A DNA stretch of 64,000 bases from a virus (lineage: Duplodnaviria > Heunggongvirae > Uroviricota > Caudoviricetes): the IMG/VR virus record IMGVR_UViG_3300028534_000001, positions 132,338-196,337 of that record; one strand, given 5' to 3'. Positions 56,724 to 64,000 of the stretch are shown piece by piece (positions within the stretch are counted from its first letter, which is position 1; the number at the start of each line of letters is the position of its first letter). The position numbers and the translations under genes are program-made. Below the pieces are notes generated by a model, which saw only the letters and a list, made by a program, of their open reading frames with translations, did not search any database and was not told where the DNA came from.

Positions 56724-57113
56724 TTATAAAGAAATTATCATTTCATCTTTATTAGTATGATAATCTACTACAATTTTATTATAAATTTTACTAAGTTCTT
56801 TATTAACAATTTCTAAAATTTCAGATTCATAAAGGCTTATATCATTAAATACAATTTTTAATTTATTTTTATCTTTATCATATTCAAATTCTTCAATATC
56901 ATATTTTTCATCTAATTTTTCAAAAATTTCATCAATTGTTTCTTCATAAATTGAATTATCAATTAAATTATTTTCATTGTAAATATCTTCGATAAGTTGT
57001 TTTAAATTTCTAGATAATAAACTATAACCTGCTTCCTTTTTACCTTTTCTAATTAAATTAAATGCTTCTTTTATTGTAAAATCAATTTTTTTTAATGCTT
57101 CATGTTTATTCAT
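56724..57113 (-). CDS. hypothetical protein
   Basis: 129 aa ORF. Confidence 0.4.
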   Translation of the reverse strand: MNKHEALKKIDFTIKEAFNLIRKGKKEAGYSLLSRNLKQLIEDIYNENNLIDNSIYEETIDEIFEKLDEKYDIEEFEYDKDKNKLKIVFNDISLYESEILEIVNKELSKIYNKIVVDYHTNKDEMIISL

Positions 57114-57139
57114 TCTTTTTCCTTTGTTTTTATATTATA

Positions 57140-57166
57140 ATTATGCCAAAAAAGAAAAAAATTCAA
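57140..57166 (-). promoter_or_regulatory. weak variant of early promoter (TTGAAT / CATAAT, about 15 nt spacer)
   Basis: The context tatattataattatgccaaaaaagaaaaaaattcaataa resembles the other promoters, but both hexamers are degenerate. Confidence 0.3.
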
Positions 57167-57384
57167 TAATTTAGAATTTTTTTCCATTCTTTTATATCAC
57201 ATTCCATACCTGCTCTATTTTGTTCAATTGCTTCTTCAATTTCTTTTTTTATTAAATTTTTTAAATTATTATCTATATTATCCCAATTTTTTAAAATGTC
57301 TTCTACAACAGAACTAACAATATATGTTTGTCTTCCTAAAGCATATCTAAAAGCTGCTAATATTGTATCATTACTAATATTCAT
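57163..57384 (-). CDS. hypothetical protein
   Basis: 73 aa ORF. Confidence 0.35.
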   Translation of the reverse strand: MNISNDTILAAFRYALGRQTYIVSSVVEDILKNWDNIDNNLKNLIKKEIEEAIEQNRAGMECDIKEWKKILNY

Positions 57385-57386
57385 TT

Positions 57387-57803
57387 TTAATCCTTATATC
57401 CTTTAATTTCTCTAAGAACTTCTAGTTCAACTTTAAATTCTGGATGCATAGGATAATCAAAAATATTTTTATCAGAAAAATCCATTAACATAATACCATA
57501 CATTTCTGAAAATAAATGTTCAGCATTTGCAAATCTTTTAAAAATATTATTAAATTCAAAAACATTAGCTTCATACAAATAGAAACCAGTTTTAGGATTT
57601 AATCTGTCGTCTTTAATTTGTTTAAGTCTATCTTTATTTAGATTAAAATTTATTTCTTCTAATGTTTCTCTAAGTATAGCATCAATTGGATTTTCATTAA
57701 CATCTAATTCAATTTTACCACCAGGTAATCCTATAATGTTATCGTGTCTATAAATTGTTACTAATCTTTTATTATATACAATTGCTACAAATACATTTTC
57801 CAT
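57387..57803 (-). CDS. Nudix hydrolase (MutT-like box)
   Basis: LPGGKIELDVNENPIDAILRETLEE matches MutT FPGGKIEMGETPEQAVVRELQEE. Confidence 0.55.
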   Translation of the reverse strand: MENVFVAIVYNKRLVTIYRHDNIIGLPGGKIELDVNENPIDAILRETLEEINFNLNKDRLKQIKDDRLNPKTGFYLYEANVFEFNNIFKRFANAEHLFSEMYGIMLMDFSDKNIFDYPMHPEFKVELEVLREIKGYKD

Positions 57804-57814
57804 ATTAGTTCCTT

Positions 57815-58141
57815 TTAAACTTTACAAGTTTCAACTAACATTTCAGTTAAATCAGTCCCACCATTATAATAAGAGCAAACAAATAAAACTTTATTACTTG
57901 TTTTAATTGTGATAGGTTCTAATTCTTCAGTTCTTTCTTTATGTAAAATTTTGAATAATTTATTATTTTTAAAAAAATATCCAGATTCATCATAATTTAT
58001 ACATTCAATAATATTATTATAAAAATCACAATTTAATTTTAATTCTTTTGATAAATTTTTTAAATATTCTTCAACATTTTCATTTTCTTCAAATGTTCTT
58101 ACTAATTCCATTTCTACAATTCCAGTTTCTGTATAACTCAT
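57815..58141 (-). CDS. hypothetical protein
   Basis: 108 aa ORF. Confidence 0.4.
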   Translation of the reverse strand: MSYTETGIVEMELVRTFEENENVEEYLKNLSKELKLNCDFYNNIIECINYDESGYFFKNNKLFKILHKERTEELEPITIKTSNKVLFVCSYYNGGTDLTEMLVETCKV

Positions 58142-58272
58142 TCTTTCTCCTTAAAAAAATTTACAATTACATCTGTATCAGGTGATATTATGTGTTCTCT
58201 TTCATTTTTTAATAAAAATTTTATCAATCTTTCTTTTTGATACTCAAATTCCTCTTCAAATAATCAATAATT

Positions 58273-58527
58273 TCATTTAAAATATGATTTTTTTTCTAAT
58301 ATAGAATTTTCACAAGTATTAAGTCTTAATATTCTAAGTTCAATAAAATCAAAAATTTTAGTTTCAATTATATTTTTTATAATTTCTTTTGTTAAAAATA
58401 CATCTAAAGGATTATCATTAACACCTTTAATAAACATATTATGAAATATAATATTAAATTTTATTTTTGATAAATCTTCGTGAATATATTTATAAGTTGT
58501 TTTATCATTTGGCGTATATATTTTCAT
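58273..58527 (-). CDS. hypothetical protein
   Basis: 84 aa ORF. Confidence 0.35.
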   Translation of the reverse strand: MKIYTPNDKTTYKYIHEDLSKIKFNIIFHNMFIKGVNDNPLDVFLTKEIIKNIIETKIFDFIELRILRLNTCENSILEKKSYFK

Positions 58528-58877
58528 TTTAAATCTTCTTTTATATAATTTTTAAAAATTTTATAAATTATATTTATAATAAATCTACATATTTTTTTAG
58601 TATAATGATCTTCAAAATATTTTGATTCATTGAATATTAGAATAATACTAAATAAAATATTTATAACAGGTATCAAACTAACAACAAATAAAAATACAAT
58701 AATATCAAAATTTAATGCAAATCTATTTTTTATAATTTCATCTACATCATATTTTTCTGATAATTTTTCTTTAAATTTAATTTCATTTTTTGTTTCTTCT
58801 TTTATTAAATTTAACTTATAATGAAAGAATATTTCTAAAGAAATTAAAATTGAAATTATATAAAAAGTCCAAAACAT
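58524..58877 (-). CDS. membrane protein
   Basis: The start was moved to the ATG at 58877 (MFWTFYI) with an AAAGGAG RBS, because the track start overlaps the promoter -35. Two transmembrane helices are present. Confidence 0.35.
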   Translation of the reverse strand: MFWTFYIISILISLEIFFHYKLNLIKEETKNEIKFKEKLSEKYDVDEIIKNRFALNFDIIVFLFVVSLIPVINILFSIILIFNESKYFEDHYTKKICRFIINIIYKIFKNYIKEDLK

Positions 58878-58920
58878 TTTTTCTCCTTTTAGATGTTTTT
58901 TATTTTGTTTTCTTAATATA

Positions 58921-58949
58921 ATTATATCAAAAAATATTAAAAAAGTCAA
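58921..58949 (-). promoter_or_regulatory. sigma70-type early promoter
   Basis: The attata element is at 58921-58926 and agtcaa at 58944-58949, with a 17 nt spacer. Confidence 0.7.
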
Positions 58950-58958
58950 GAAATTTTA

Positions 58959-59780
58959 TTAAATTTTTAATAATTTTTCAAATTCTGTTCTAACTCTTTC
59001 AGGATTAGCTTTTTTCATCATATAATCAAAATTTCTTCTAGCTGCTTCTAAAGTTCCTTTAATAGGTTTAAATCCTTTTTTAATAAATTTATATACTCTA
59101 ATAACTCTTAATGCATCTTCGTTTATTCTATCTTCAGGTTTTCCTATAAATGAAAATTCTTTATTTAAACAATGTCTAATACCTCTTTTAGAAGAGTCAA
59201 TAATAATATTTGTTTTTAAATCAAAATATAAAGCATTGATAGTAAAATCTCTTCTTTGCCAATCATCTTCTAAATTACCAAAATTGACTTCATCTGCTCC
59301 CAATCCTTTTGATTTATTATAAACATCTTTTCTAAATGTTGCTATTTCAAATGATTCTTTTGCTTTAATCATAATAACACCAAAATGTTCTCCAACTAAA
59401 TCTAATTTAATATCTTCATCTTTTAAAATATCAACAATTTCATTAGGTTTTAAATTTGTAACTAGATCAATATCTTTTGGTTTTAAACCTGCTAAAATAT
59501 CCCTAACAAACCCTCCTACAATATAAACATTACCTTTTTCTAAAAGTTTTTCAATCCATTTATTTTCTTTTTTAAATTGATTAGAATTATCTTTTAAATT
59601 TAAATATCTTTCAAATAATAAATCAAATTCTTTTAAATTTGTTTCTTCTAAAATTTTTAGTGGATTTTTATCTAATTTTTTTAAAAATTCTTTTTCAAAA
59701 ATCTTAGAATTATCATTAGTAAATTCAATACCATTTTTAAAAGCTAATTCTCTAAATTTTTCTAAAATATAATTTTTCAT
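58959..59780 (-). CDS. compact tRNA nucleotidyltransferase (CCA-adding / polyA polymerase head domain)
   Basis: YIVGGFVRDILAGLKPKDIDLVT matches GGAVRD.LLG....D.D. FEIATFRKDVY matches EVTTFR.E. QRRDFTINAL matches RRDFT.NA. The protein is only 273 aa, with an extra N-terminal segment of about 80 aa. Confidence 0.7.
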   Translation of the reverse strand: MKNYILEKFRELAFKNGIEFTNDNSKIFEKEFLKKLDKNPLKILEETNLKEFDLLFERYLNLKDNSNQFKKENKWIEKLLEKGNVYIVGGFVRDILAGLKPKDIDLVTNLKPNEIVDILKDEDIKLDLVGEHFGVIMIKAKESFEIATFRKDVYNKSKGLGADEVNFGNLEDDWQRRDFTINALYFDLKTNIIIDSSKRGIRHCLNKEFSFIGKPEDRINEDALRVIRVYKFIKKGFKPIKGTLEAARRNFDYMMKKANPERVRTEFEKLLKI

Positions 59781-59782
59781 TT

Positions 59783-60073
59783 TTACTCCTCAATATTTAT
59801 AATATCATCAATTTCAAATTTTCTATCAAATTCTTTCTCTAAATCTTCTTTTACTTTATTAACATCTACATTTAAATCATAAATTTTAGTTGTATATCTT
59901 TCAAGATCCATTCTATATAAATAATGTCTTTCTCCTTCTTTAAACCAAGGAAATTCTATTTCTAATGTAATAGTTTTTTTACCTTTTGATTTAACAATAG
60001 CTTTATAAAAACTTATTGTTTCTTCATATACTTTTACTACAATTACTTTATCATTTTTTCTTAAATCTTTCAT
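59783..60073 (-). CDS. hypothetical protein
   Basis: A 96 aa ORF follows promoter 60087..60115. Confidence 0.4.
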   Translation of the reverse strand: MKDLRKNDKVIVVKVYEETISFYKAIVKSKGKKTITLEIEFPWFKEGERHYLYRMDLERYTTKIYDLNVDVNKVKEDLEKEFDRKFEIDDIINIEE

Positions 60074-60086
60074 GATATCTCCTTAA

Positions 60087-60115
60087 CTTTTATATTATTA
60101 TATCATATTTTTAAT
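60087..60115 (-). promoter_or_regulatory. sigma70-type early promoter
   Basis: The attata element is at 60087-60092 and agtcaa at 60110-60115, with a 17 nt spacer. Confidence 0.7.
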
Positions 60116-60156
60116 AAAAAGTCAAGAAAATTTAAAAAAGATTTAAGGATATTTTA

Positions 60157-60195
60157 AAATTAAAAGTTGTATAATTATAATAGAAAAAAGAAAGA
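60157..60195 (+). repeat. promoter-like element lacking -35, inverted relative to the copies at 62129..62290
   Basis: The + strand reads aaaagttgTATAATtataatagaaaaaagaaagaat, which is about 85% identical to the reverse complement of the 62129..62290 repeat unit. Confidence 0.45.
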
Positions 60196-60248
60196 ATTTT
60201 TATTTTTTAAAATTTTAATTTAAGAATTTTAAATAATAATGAAATAAA

Positions 60249-61913
60249 TTAAGAAATATAATTTAAAAATTTCTTATTTATTTTATCAATTGATATATCA
60301 TAATCAAAATTTTCTAGAGTGTTTTTAATTGATTTTATATCATTTGATTTCACAAATAATGCATCGTGAATTCTTACACTTACAAGATTTAAAAGTGATG
60401 ATAATTCTTTCATCACTCTTTCCTCTCTTTTAGTATATTCCACAAATACAATATTGTCTTCATTAACACTCTTATCTTTTAATTCCTTATTATAAAACTT
60501 CAATTTATTTTCTACATAAAAATTTTTAAATTTAACATAAGTATCCTCTATAGCTTTCCCATAATTTTTTATAAATTCAATTGTTTCATTGTCTAATCTA
60601 TTAGTAAAATAATAAGGAACAAATTCTGCTGGCATTCCATTCATAATACTAATCCAATAAGTTTTTAATGTCTTCCTAGATTTTTTAAACATTTTTCTTT
60701 TGTTTTCATTTTGAATTTGAATTTTAGAAGCAATGTCTTGAGAAATTTCATCTAATTTATTATAAGCATTTTCAAGCACATTACTTCTAAAGAACTTTTT
60801 TTCATTATCCTTTAATAATTGAAAATTAGAAAATTTTAAATCAATTTCATATGTGAATCCCATAAAAGAAAGAACAATCGTTCTTAGTTCTTTATGTAAT
60901 TGAGTAAATAAATTATATTCTCTACCTTGGTTTTGATACTCAGTACTTAGAATACAGTTATCCTCTATTCCTTTTATAACTTTTTCAACTTGCATAATAT
61001 GACTGTTTAATTTATTTATCTTACCTTTAATAGCATCTTTTTGAAAATCTTCTAAATCTTTAGTTAAAGCAATTTCATATTTTCTAATTTTATTTTCTAA
61101 AGTTTTTTTATAACCATTTAAAACATCTTCTAATTTTAAATTTTTAGAATTTTTAATTACTTCACTAAATTCTTCTTTAGAAATTTCATCTTTTTTAAAC
61201 ATATTTTTAGCTACTTTTGTTAAATCTTCTCCTGATAAATAAGGTTTTTCAATTTCATATTTTCTTAAATAACAACTATTTATATTTTGAGTAAAATCTT
61301 TTTTATCTAAATCAATAACTTTATAATTTCTTTTTAATAATAAAGACATTCTAATAGAAGTAGCATTATAATTATATTCTTGATTTTTATATAAAAATTC
61401 TCTAGCATCTTCATATTTTTTATTAGCTATTAAATTAAAATATTCTATAGATTTATTATAATTCATAAATGTAAATTTTATAAAAGGTAATAAATTATAT
61501 GCATTAGCAATTCTTTCTTCTTCATCTTTAGTAGGATATCCTTTTATTTTAGATAAATAAAATTCTAAAATTCTAGCAACTTTGTTAGTTGAAAATTGTT
61601 TTTGGTTCTCTAAAATAGTCCCTAAAAACATACCATTGTAAATATAGTGCTCTTCTGCAAAGTAAATTTTTAAAGCTAACATAATAAGTTTTTTGTGTGA
61701 TTTTTTAATAAGAGAGTTGAATTTATTTTCTTCAATATGATGTTCTAATTCTTTGTTTATTATAGGAACAGGAACAATTAAATTAGAAAATACTTCGTCA
61801 GTAGAATTAAATTCACCCCAAAGTTTAACGTCATTTAAAGCTTTAGCGTGAATATTGTTTTTTCTTTTCCAATTTTTTCTAGCAATTTTTTTATATAATT
61901 TATTTTTATCCAT
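60249..61913 (-). CDS. hypothetical protein (554 aa), flanked by inverted promoter-like repeats
   Basis: It is a long ORF. RIHDALFV lies near the C-terminus. No family was recognised. Confidence 0.45.
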   Translation of the reverse strand: MDKNKLYKKIARKNWKRKNNIHAKALNDVKLWGEFNSTDEVFSNLIVPVPIINKELEHHIEENKFNSLIKKSHKKLIMLALKIYFAEEHYIYNGMFLGTILENQKQFSTNKVARILEFYLSKIKGYPTKDEEERIANAYNLLPFIKFTFMNYNKSIEYFNLIANKKYEDAREFLYKNQEYNYNATSIRMSLLLKRNYKVIDLDKKDFTQNINSCYLRKYEIEKPYLSGEDLTKVAKNMFKKDEISKEEFSEVIKNSKNLKLEDVLNGYKKTLENKIRKYEIALTKDLEDFQKDAIKGKINKLNSHIMQVEKVIKGIEDNCILSTEYQNQGREYNLFTQLHKELRTIVLSFMGFTYEIDLKFSNFQLLKDNEKKFFRSNVLENAYNKLDEISQDIASKIQIQNENKRKMFKKSRKTLKTYWISIMNGMPAEFVPYYFTNRLDNETIEFIKNYGKAIEDTYVKFKNFYVENKLKFYNKELKDKSVNEDNIVFVEYTKREERVMKELSSLLNLVSVRIHDALFVKSNDIKSIKNTLENFDYDISIDKINKKFLNYIS

Positions 61914-62128
61914 AATAAATATTCCTTTCTAAATTTTGTATAATCCATAATAAATATTCCTACAATAAAGTATAATTTTAGAAAGAAATATTTATTATGG
62001 ATATGATGAATAATTTATATTATTTAATTTTTTTATATTAAAATTATACAATATTTTATAAAAATAACAAACTTTTTTGTAAAAATTTTTATTAAATTTT
62101 TTCATATTTTAAAAATCCTTTATAAGAA

Positions 62129-62290
62129 ATATTCTTTTCTTTTTTCTATATATAATTATACAATTTTAAAATTGAATTAGAAATAATATATTCTTTTCTT
62201 CTTTCTATATATAATTATACAATTTTAAAATTGAATTAGAAATAATATATTCTTTTCTTCTTTCTATATATAATTATACAATTTTAAATT
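62129..62290 (-). repeat. tandem direct repeat, about 2.7 x 58 bp, each unit with a -10-like TATAAT but no TTGACT
   Basis: The unit atattcttttcttctttctatatataattatacaattttaaaattgaattagaaataat occurs at about 62129, 62187 and 62246. The third copy is truncated and overlaps the stop of 62274..63080. Confidence 0.6.
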
Positions 62291-63080
62291 CTTCTTCATT
62301 GATATACTTATCAAATAATTCTGGTTTATAATCTTCAAGTAATTCACTCCAAGTTCTAATTCTACTTCTTTCTACTGAACCATTATTTGTTTCTTTCATA
62401 TAAAGTTCTTTTTTACAAAATGTCCCATACTTAAACCATTTAGGACTATCTCCAAAACTTTTACCTGTTTTTTCATAAGCTAAAGTAATTTGTTCATTTG
62501 CTGTTTTACCTAGGAGTTCTTTATGACTGCAATATGCTTGTGCAAACCCTGTTTTAGCATTTCTAAAAACATCGTGATTTCTCCATTTGAAATTTTCAAA
62601 AACTTCTTCAAATGTTTCAACACCATAAACTCTAGCGTCAAAAAATGCTTCAAATCTTTTACTTACAATTGTATCAAGATATTTTAAATCATTTTCATTA
62701 TTTTTATAATATTCAATTTCATATTCCCAAAAAGCATTAAATTCTTTTGTAGCAAATGCTGATAATAGACTTGCCATCTTTTGAGTTCTACCAGCAAAAG
62801 GGTGTGTCTGTTTAGCATTACATTTAAGAAAATAAAGTGTAATTTCATCAGAACCTGTATATCCTAAATTAGCATTGAATTTATTTGCTAATGCTACCAT
62901 TGTATTAACCATAACTTTACCCAAAATTTCATCATAAGGTTTTTTCAAACCTTTTGTAAATTTACTAAATTTATGTCCATCAAGTCTAACAATTAAGTGA
63001 TAATCATTTGGAATTTGAGTTTCAAATTTTTTTTCTTGTTTTTTAAAAATATTATTTTTTGTGATAATTTTTTCTTTCAA
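62274..63080 (-). CDS. Thg1-like protein (tRNA-His guanylyltransferase / tRNA 5'-end repair family)
   Basis: YHLIVRLDGHKFSKFTKG..KPYDE matches Thg1 VVVRLDGRNFHRF....KPND. LGYTGSDEITLYF matches AYGQSDEYSFVF, which holds the catalytic acidic residues. Confidence 0.7.
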   Translation of the reverse strand: MKEKIITKNNIFKKQEKKFETQIPNDYHLIVRLDGHKFSKFTKGLKKPYDEILGKVMVNTMVALANKFNANLGYTGSDEITLYFLKCNAKQTHPFAGRTQKMASLLSAFATKEFNAFWEYEIEYYKNNENDLKYLDTIVSKRFEAFFDARVYGVETFEEVFENFKWRNHDVFRNAKTGFAQAYCSHKELLGKTANEQITLAYEKTGKSFGDSPKWFKYGTFCKKELYMKETNNGSVERSRIRTWSELLEDYKPELFDKYINEEEFKIV

Positions 63081-63167
63081 TTTTTCTCCTTAATGTTTAA
63101 AACTAATATTATATATTTTAAAAAATGTTTAATAAATTTTTGTCTTTTATTAAATATATTTATTAAA

Positions 63168-63368
63168 TTAAATGTTTCTTAAATCTTTTGTTAAATTATC
63201 AGTAAATAACATTTGATAAATATTTAAACTTAATAAAAATTCCATTAAATATACTAAAAATGAATTATTTTCATTTATTATAATACCTATGCAAAATAAA
63301 AATATAAAAATTGCTGGAATAAAATAACCTAAAAATTTAAATGTGAAGTATAAAATTTTATCTTTCAT
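63168..63368 (-). CDS. small membrane protein
   Basis: A 66 aa ORF follows promoter 63403..63431. Confidence 0.35.
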   Translation of the reverse strand: MKDKILYFTFKFLGYFIPAIFIFLFCIGIIINENNSFLVYLMEFLLSLNIYQMLFTDNLTKDLRNI

Positions 63369-63402
63369 GATTGTTCCTTTTCTTTTTTCTTTTTACATTA
63401 TA

Positions 63403-63431
63403 ATTATACTAAAAATAAAAAGAAAAGTCAA
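63403..63431 (-). promoter_or_regulatory. sigma70-type early promoter
   Basis: The attata element is at 63403-63408 and agtcaa at 63426-63431, with a 17 nt spacer. Confidence 0.7.
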
Positions 63432-63446
63432 GAGTTTATAAATTAT

Positions 63447-64000
63447 TTTATATAATTTTTAACTCTTTTAAAATATAAATTTCTTTCAAGTTTCTTCCAA
63501 TTTTCAAAGTCATATTTTTTAAGAATGCTATGTAAAGCGCTAGAGTCTCTTTCTTTAGCTCTATCGTAAATAGGGTTTTTGTTTAATTTGTATCTATAAT
63601 AAATAAACCCATCTTCATATTTTGCTTCTAATGAAATAAAACTATATTCAAAAGGTTCATCGAATAAACAATATGGATTTATTTCATTTCCATATTCATC
63701 AAAAGCATCAAATGTAAAATTTCTATCATTATATGTTTCTCTAGTGATTATAAATTTATCATATATAATACCTTCATCTTTATCATAATACTTAACTAGC
63801 TCAATATCACCTACGTTATATTTTTTATAAGAAAATCTAAATAGAAAATAAGTAAAACTATCGTCAATTTCTTTTTGAGATAATTTTTTCCCTTTTATTT
63901 TTCTACTTATTTTACCTTTTGTTTTAACAAATTCAAATACCCAAGCATCGTAATTTTTTTGGTAATTTCCAAAGACTCTTACTTTTTTACCTTTTTCATC
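63447..64000 (-). CDS. hypothetical protein, 5' end outside window
   Basis: A minus-strand frame is open from the window end down to a stop near 63447, with Lys/Tyr-rich protein-like composition. Confidence 0.3.

Noticed and set aside
1-64000. Possibility that this is a reduced AT-rich bacterial chromosome, suggested by fliM/fliN, groES, hup and coaE-like genes.
   Set aside because: T4 hallmark genes are present (rnlA, rnlB, gp1 dNMP kinase, Pnk kinase, cd). Co-orientation is uniform, promoters are reiterated, there are no rRNA, tRNA or ribosomal-protein genes, groES lacks a groEL partner, and fliM/fliN lack fliG and export genes. A phage origin fits better.
1-64000. Search for tRNA genes and CRISPR arrays.
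   Set aside because: No GC-rich 70-90 nt islands with a T-loop GTTCGA motif were found. The few ttcgaa hits sit in coding or AT-rich context. The only regular tandem repeats (62129..62290 and the intragenic ones) have no unique spacers.

Overview
This 64 kb window is extremely AT-rich (roughly 20% GC) and almost every gene lies on the minus strand. It reads as a contiguous early/accessory region of a large virulent phage with T4-type hallmarks, and over 25 T4-early-type sigma70 consensus promoters (TTGACT-N17-TATAAT) sit in its intergenic spacers. The T4-type hallmark genes are RNA ligase 1 and 2, a gp1-type dNMP kinase, a T4 Pnk-type kinase domain, dCMP deaminase, a GroES-like co-chaperonin, HU and an iron-sulfur DinG/XPD-like helicase. 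The ORF track labels 3044..3487 as + strand, but the codons for that protein lie on the minus strand. The most notable content is as follows. (1) An unusually complete tRNA-repair toolkit is present: Rnl1, Rnl2, an HD-phosphohydrolase fused to a Pnk-type kinase, a compact CCA-adding enzyme and a Thg1-like 5'-end repair enzyme. (2) An NAD+ salvage module is present: NadV/NAMPT, an NMNAT fused to NAD kinase, three Nudix hydrolases and a Sir2 protein. (3) A FliM/FliN flagellar-switch-like pair is encoded next to an SPFH lipoprotein. (4) At least 11 otherwise unrelated small proteins share an MLKEIL N-terminus, and many are arranged in arrays. (5) DnaJ-type CxxCxGxG zinc-finger inserts occur in two unrelated enzymes. 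(6) A TerD-domain protein is present. (7) Promoter-like repeats in inverted orientation flank a 554 aa gene. No tRNA or rRNA genes and no CRISPR array were seen. Roughly half the ORFs have no recognisable function. All homology calls rest on motif recognition by eye and need profile searches to confirm.
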